Assembly: GCA_035402765.1 (NCBI GenBank)
Contig: DAONDX010000008.1
Location: 1-59,192, forward strand
Direction of reading: 5' to 3'
From: Candidatus Omnitrophota bacterium
Lineage (GTDB): Bacteria; Omnitrophota; Gorgyraeia; Gygaellales; Profunditerraquicolaceae
Length of the DNA stretch: 59,192 nt
Notes under the pieces: model-generated
What the model saw: only the letters and a program-made list of their open reading frames with translations
The model's database searches: none
Told to the model about the DNA's origin: nothing
Made by a program: the position numbers and the translations under genes
Shown: piece by piece, positions 57,578 to 59,192 of the stretch
Numbering within the stretch: position 1 is the stretch's first letter
Layout: every line of letters begins with the position of its first letter

Positions 57578-59040
57578 TTCCCTGGCTCCTTTTCAGAAAA
57601 GACTTCGGCGGTAAATACATAAATCTCGGTATCTTTGTCCTTCCAGGCTCCGGCGGCTAATCCGGCTTTATGAGCGCAAAGATTATTCAGGAACTCCTCC
57701 TTGCTCCAACCGGTTTCCGTGGCAACCTGGGGGAGAAATACCCCGCTATGGCTTCCTCTGCGCACCAACACCCCGTGCTTGCCTAATTCGATATCTTCGG
57801 CCGAAGGCACTTTTTTTAGTTCGGAAAGAACCGAGATGTCAATTTGTACTTCACCAAGCTCCGGTAAACTAAGCGCAGCAAACCTGGGATCACCCACAGC
57901 AGCCTCCACTGCCATATCGCTTACCGTCAAATAAAGCGGTTGACTACCGATAAGATTACCAATACAGCCCCGCAACTCATTATGCTGATTTAAGGTTACG
58001 AAAGCTCCCATTTTTTTATTCAATACCGGATCAATTTCATTAACCGTCAATTTTTTTCCCGTTTGTAAATACTGCGAAATTGAATCCCGTGCGATCTTAA
58101 GCAGTTTCTGTTTTTGTTGAGGCGTTAGCATACCCCCTCCTTCTTGCCTTAGAACCGCACAGCTACTATAGCCTACGGTCCAATTACCTTTAGTTAACTG
58201 GCCGGATACCCGGGCAGAATTAGTATGATTTAAAACTTCCAGTGTTTGGGCGTTTAAATCTTTTGCCAGGCTCAAAGCAATTACCGCGGCAAATCCACCG
58301 CAAGCTTGAGCGTTTCCATCGCGTAAACTATAATATAAGCCTTGATAATCTAATTTTTTAAAGAAATCCAAAGTAATTTTATCAACCCGGTCAGCTTCTT
58401 CGAAATCATAACCATGGTACAAATCAGTAGATACTACCACCAAGACATCCCGGCGCTGGCCGATAGCTTCTTTAAACAAACCGGCTATTTTCCGGCAGGT
58501 TTCTAAAGAACAATCCCCCACAACTACCGGTACAATTTTATAATTGGTTAAAACTTTTTGCAGAAAAGGCAACTGCACTTCAACTGAATGTTCGTTGCTA
58601 AAAACAGAGGTATCCGCAAAAACATCAGCGGATCGATTAACGATCTTTTTAGTAAATTCTTCATCGATCTCAATTTTACCTAAACTGGTAACAAAATTAC
58701 CCGGGCCATAGAGCGCCGCTCCGTTGTACCGCTTGTGATGGCTAGTTCCCAGGATTATTACGGTTTTATAGTTTTTGTTTTCAATAAGCTTGTAGCCATA
58801 TGCCGCAGTTTGGCCTGAAAATCCATAACCGGCATGCGGACTGAACAATATGAGAACCTGTTCTGCTGCAGGCAAAGGATCAGCTTGCTCTAAAAAATTA
58901 TTGATCATTTTGGATAAATCTTCTTTTGCGGAAGGATAAAATTGATCCCCAAATTCCGCCTGCTTAACCGGGAAAGCAAAACAGTTAAAAAACGATAAGA
59001 AAATAAAACTCTGAATTAGGGAAATTATTTTATACGGCAT
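57574..59040 (-). CDS. AmmeMemoRadiSam system protein B (MEMO1-like) fused to protein A (AMMECR1-like)
   Basis: FYP, PHAGYGFSG, GTSHH, EHSVEVQLPF, ACG; then GAFVTL...LRGCIG, DPRF, GVFLPQVA. Confidence 0.92.
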   Translation of the reverse strand: MPYKIISLIQSFIFLSFFNCFAFPVKQAEFGDQFYPSAKEDLSKMINNFLEQADPLPAAEQVLILFSPHAGYGFSGQTAAYGYKLIENKNYKTVIILGTSHHKRYNGAALYGPGNFVTSLGKIEIDEEFTKKIVNRSADVFADTSVFSNEHSVEVQLPFLQKVLTNYKIVPVVVGDCSLETCRKIAGLFKEAIGQRRDVLVVVSTDLYHGYDFEEADRVDKITLDFFKKLDYQGLYYSLRDGNAQACGGFAAVIALSLAKDLNAQTLEVLNHTNSARVSGQLTKGNWTVGYSSCAVLRQEGGGMLTPQQKQKLLKIARDSISQYLQTGKKLTVNEIDPVLNKKMGAFVTLNQHNELRGCIGNLIGSQPLYLTVSDMAVEAAVGDPRFAALSLPELGEVQIDISVLSELKKVPSAEDIELGKHGVLVRRGSHSGVFLPQVATETGWSKEEFLNNLCAHKAGLAAGAWKDKDTEIYVFTAEVFSEKEPGK

Positions 59041-59135
59041 GGAAGTATTTCTGAATTAACCCTGCAAAATACTTAAAAAAGGCAAACTTGCGATGGCTAT
59101 TTACACTCTTTTAATTTTCGAATAAAAATTGAAAG

Positions 59136-59192
59136 TGGAGCTGAGGAGGATCGAACTCCTGGCCTCCTCGTTGCGAACGAGGCGCTCTCCCA
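59136..59192 (-). tRNA. tRNA-Ala(CGC), 5' end outside the window
   Basis: Anticodon arm CCTCG-TTCGCAA-CGAGG, T-arm AGGAG-TTCGATC-CTCCT, acceptor 3' strand CAGCTCC-A with U70 (Ala G3:U70); CCA not encoded. Confidence 0.92.

Noticed and set aside
1690-57934. All remaining + strand ORFs and short alternative-frame minus ORFs in the track
   Set aside because: Each overlaps a well-supported minus-strand gene and has no recognisable domain.
59136-59192. tRNA 3' end as an island integration site
   Set aside because: No integrase, no duplicated tRNA 3' fragment was noticed, and the downstream genes are housekeeping (rsmE, mtaB).

Overview
A 59 kb, gene-dense bacterial chromosomal segment. Every credible gene lies on the minus strand; the + strand ORFs in the track are antisense shadows. 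Gene content suggests an anaerobic, fermentative diderm, possibly Ca. Omnitrophota (an impression, not tested). In transcription order (right to left) it holds: a partial tRNA-Ala(CGC); an AmmeMemo B+A fusion; rsmE, mtaB, a thioesterase and a nitroreductase; a Dol-P-Man synthase / GT-C / ABC-2 / nucleotidyltransferase cluster; a membrane pyrophosphatase; a three-gene ECF sigma / zinc anti-sigma / membrane-anchored CHAT(caspase-like)-TPR protease cassette; an Rrf2-metY-cysK-metX-metW sulfur operon; two small Cys-rich exported proteins upstream of feoAB; a TPP riboswitch with thiSGHF; trxA, a split pta and ackA; panD, def, trxB, pckG and purC; an sxtIJKL-like carbamoyltransferase/glycan-modification module; miaB, miaA and hflX; an HspR-like regulator plus CIRCE with hrcA-grpE-dnaK-dnaJ; accD; an orphan sugar-ABC ATPase; and a truncated GAF-GGDEF gene. 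No CRISPR array, cas gene, integrase or transposase was seen. The best candidate for an undescribed system is the CRISPR-independent ECF/anti-sigma/CHAT-TM-TPR cassette (42904-46488). Other strong leads are the exported metallothionein-like peptide with its putative HPP-stalling leader, the sxtIJKL-like module, and the archaeal-looking DnaK/DnaJ under a minimal HrcA plus an HspR-like regulator. Family assignments come from motif recognition by eye; no database searches were run.
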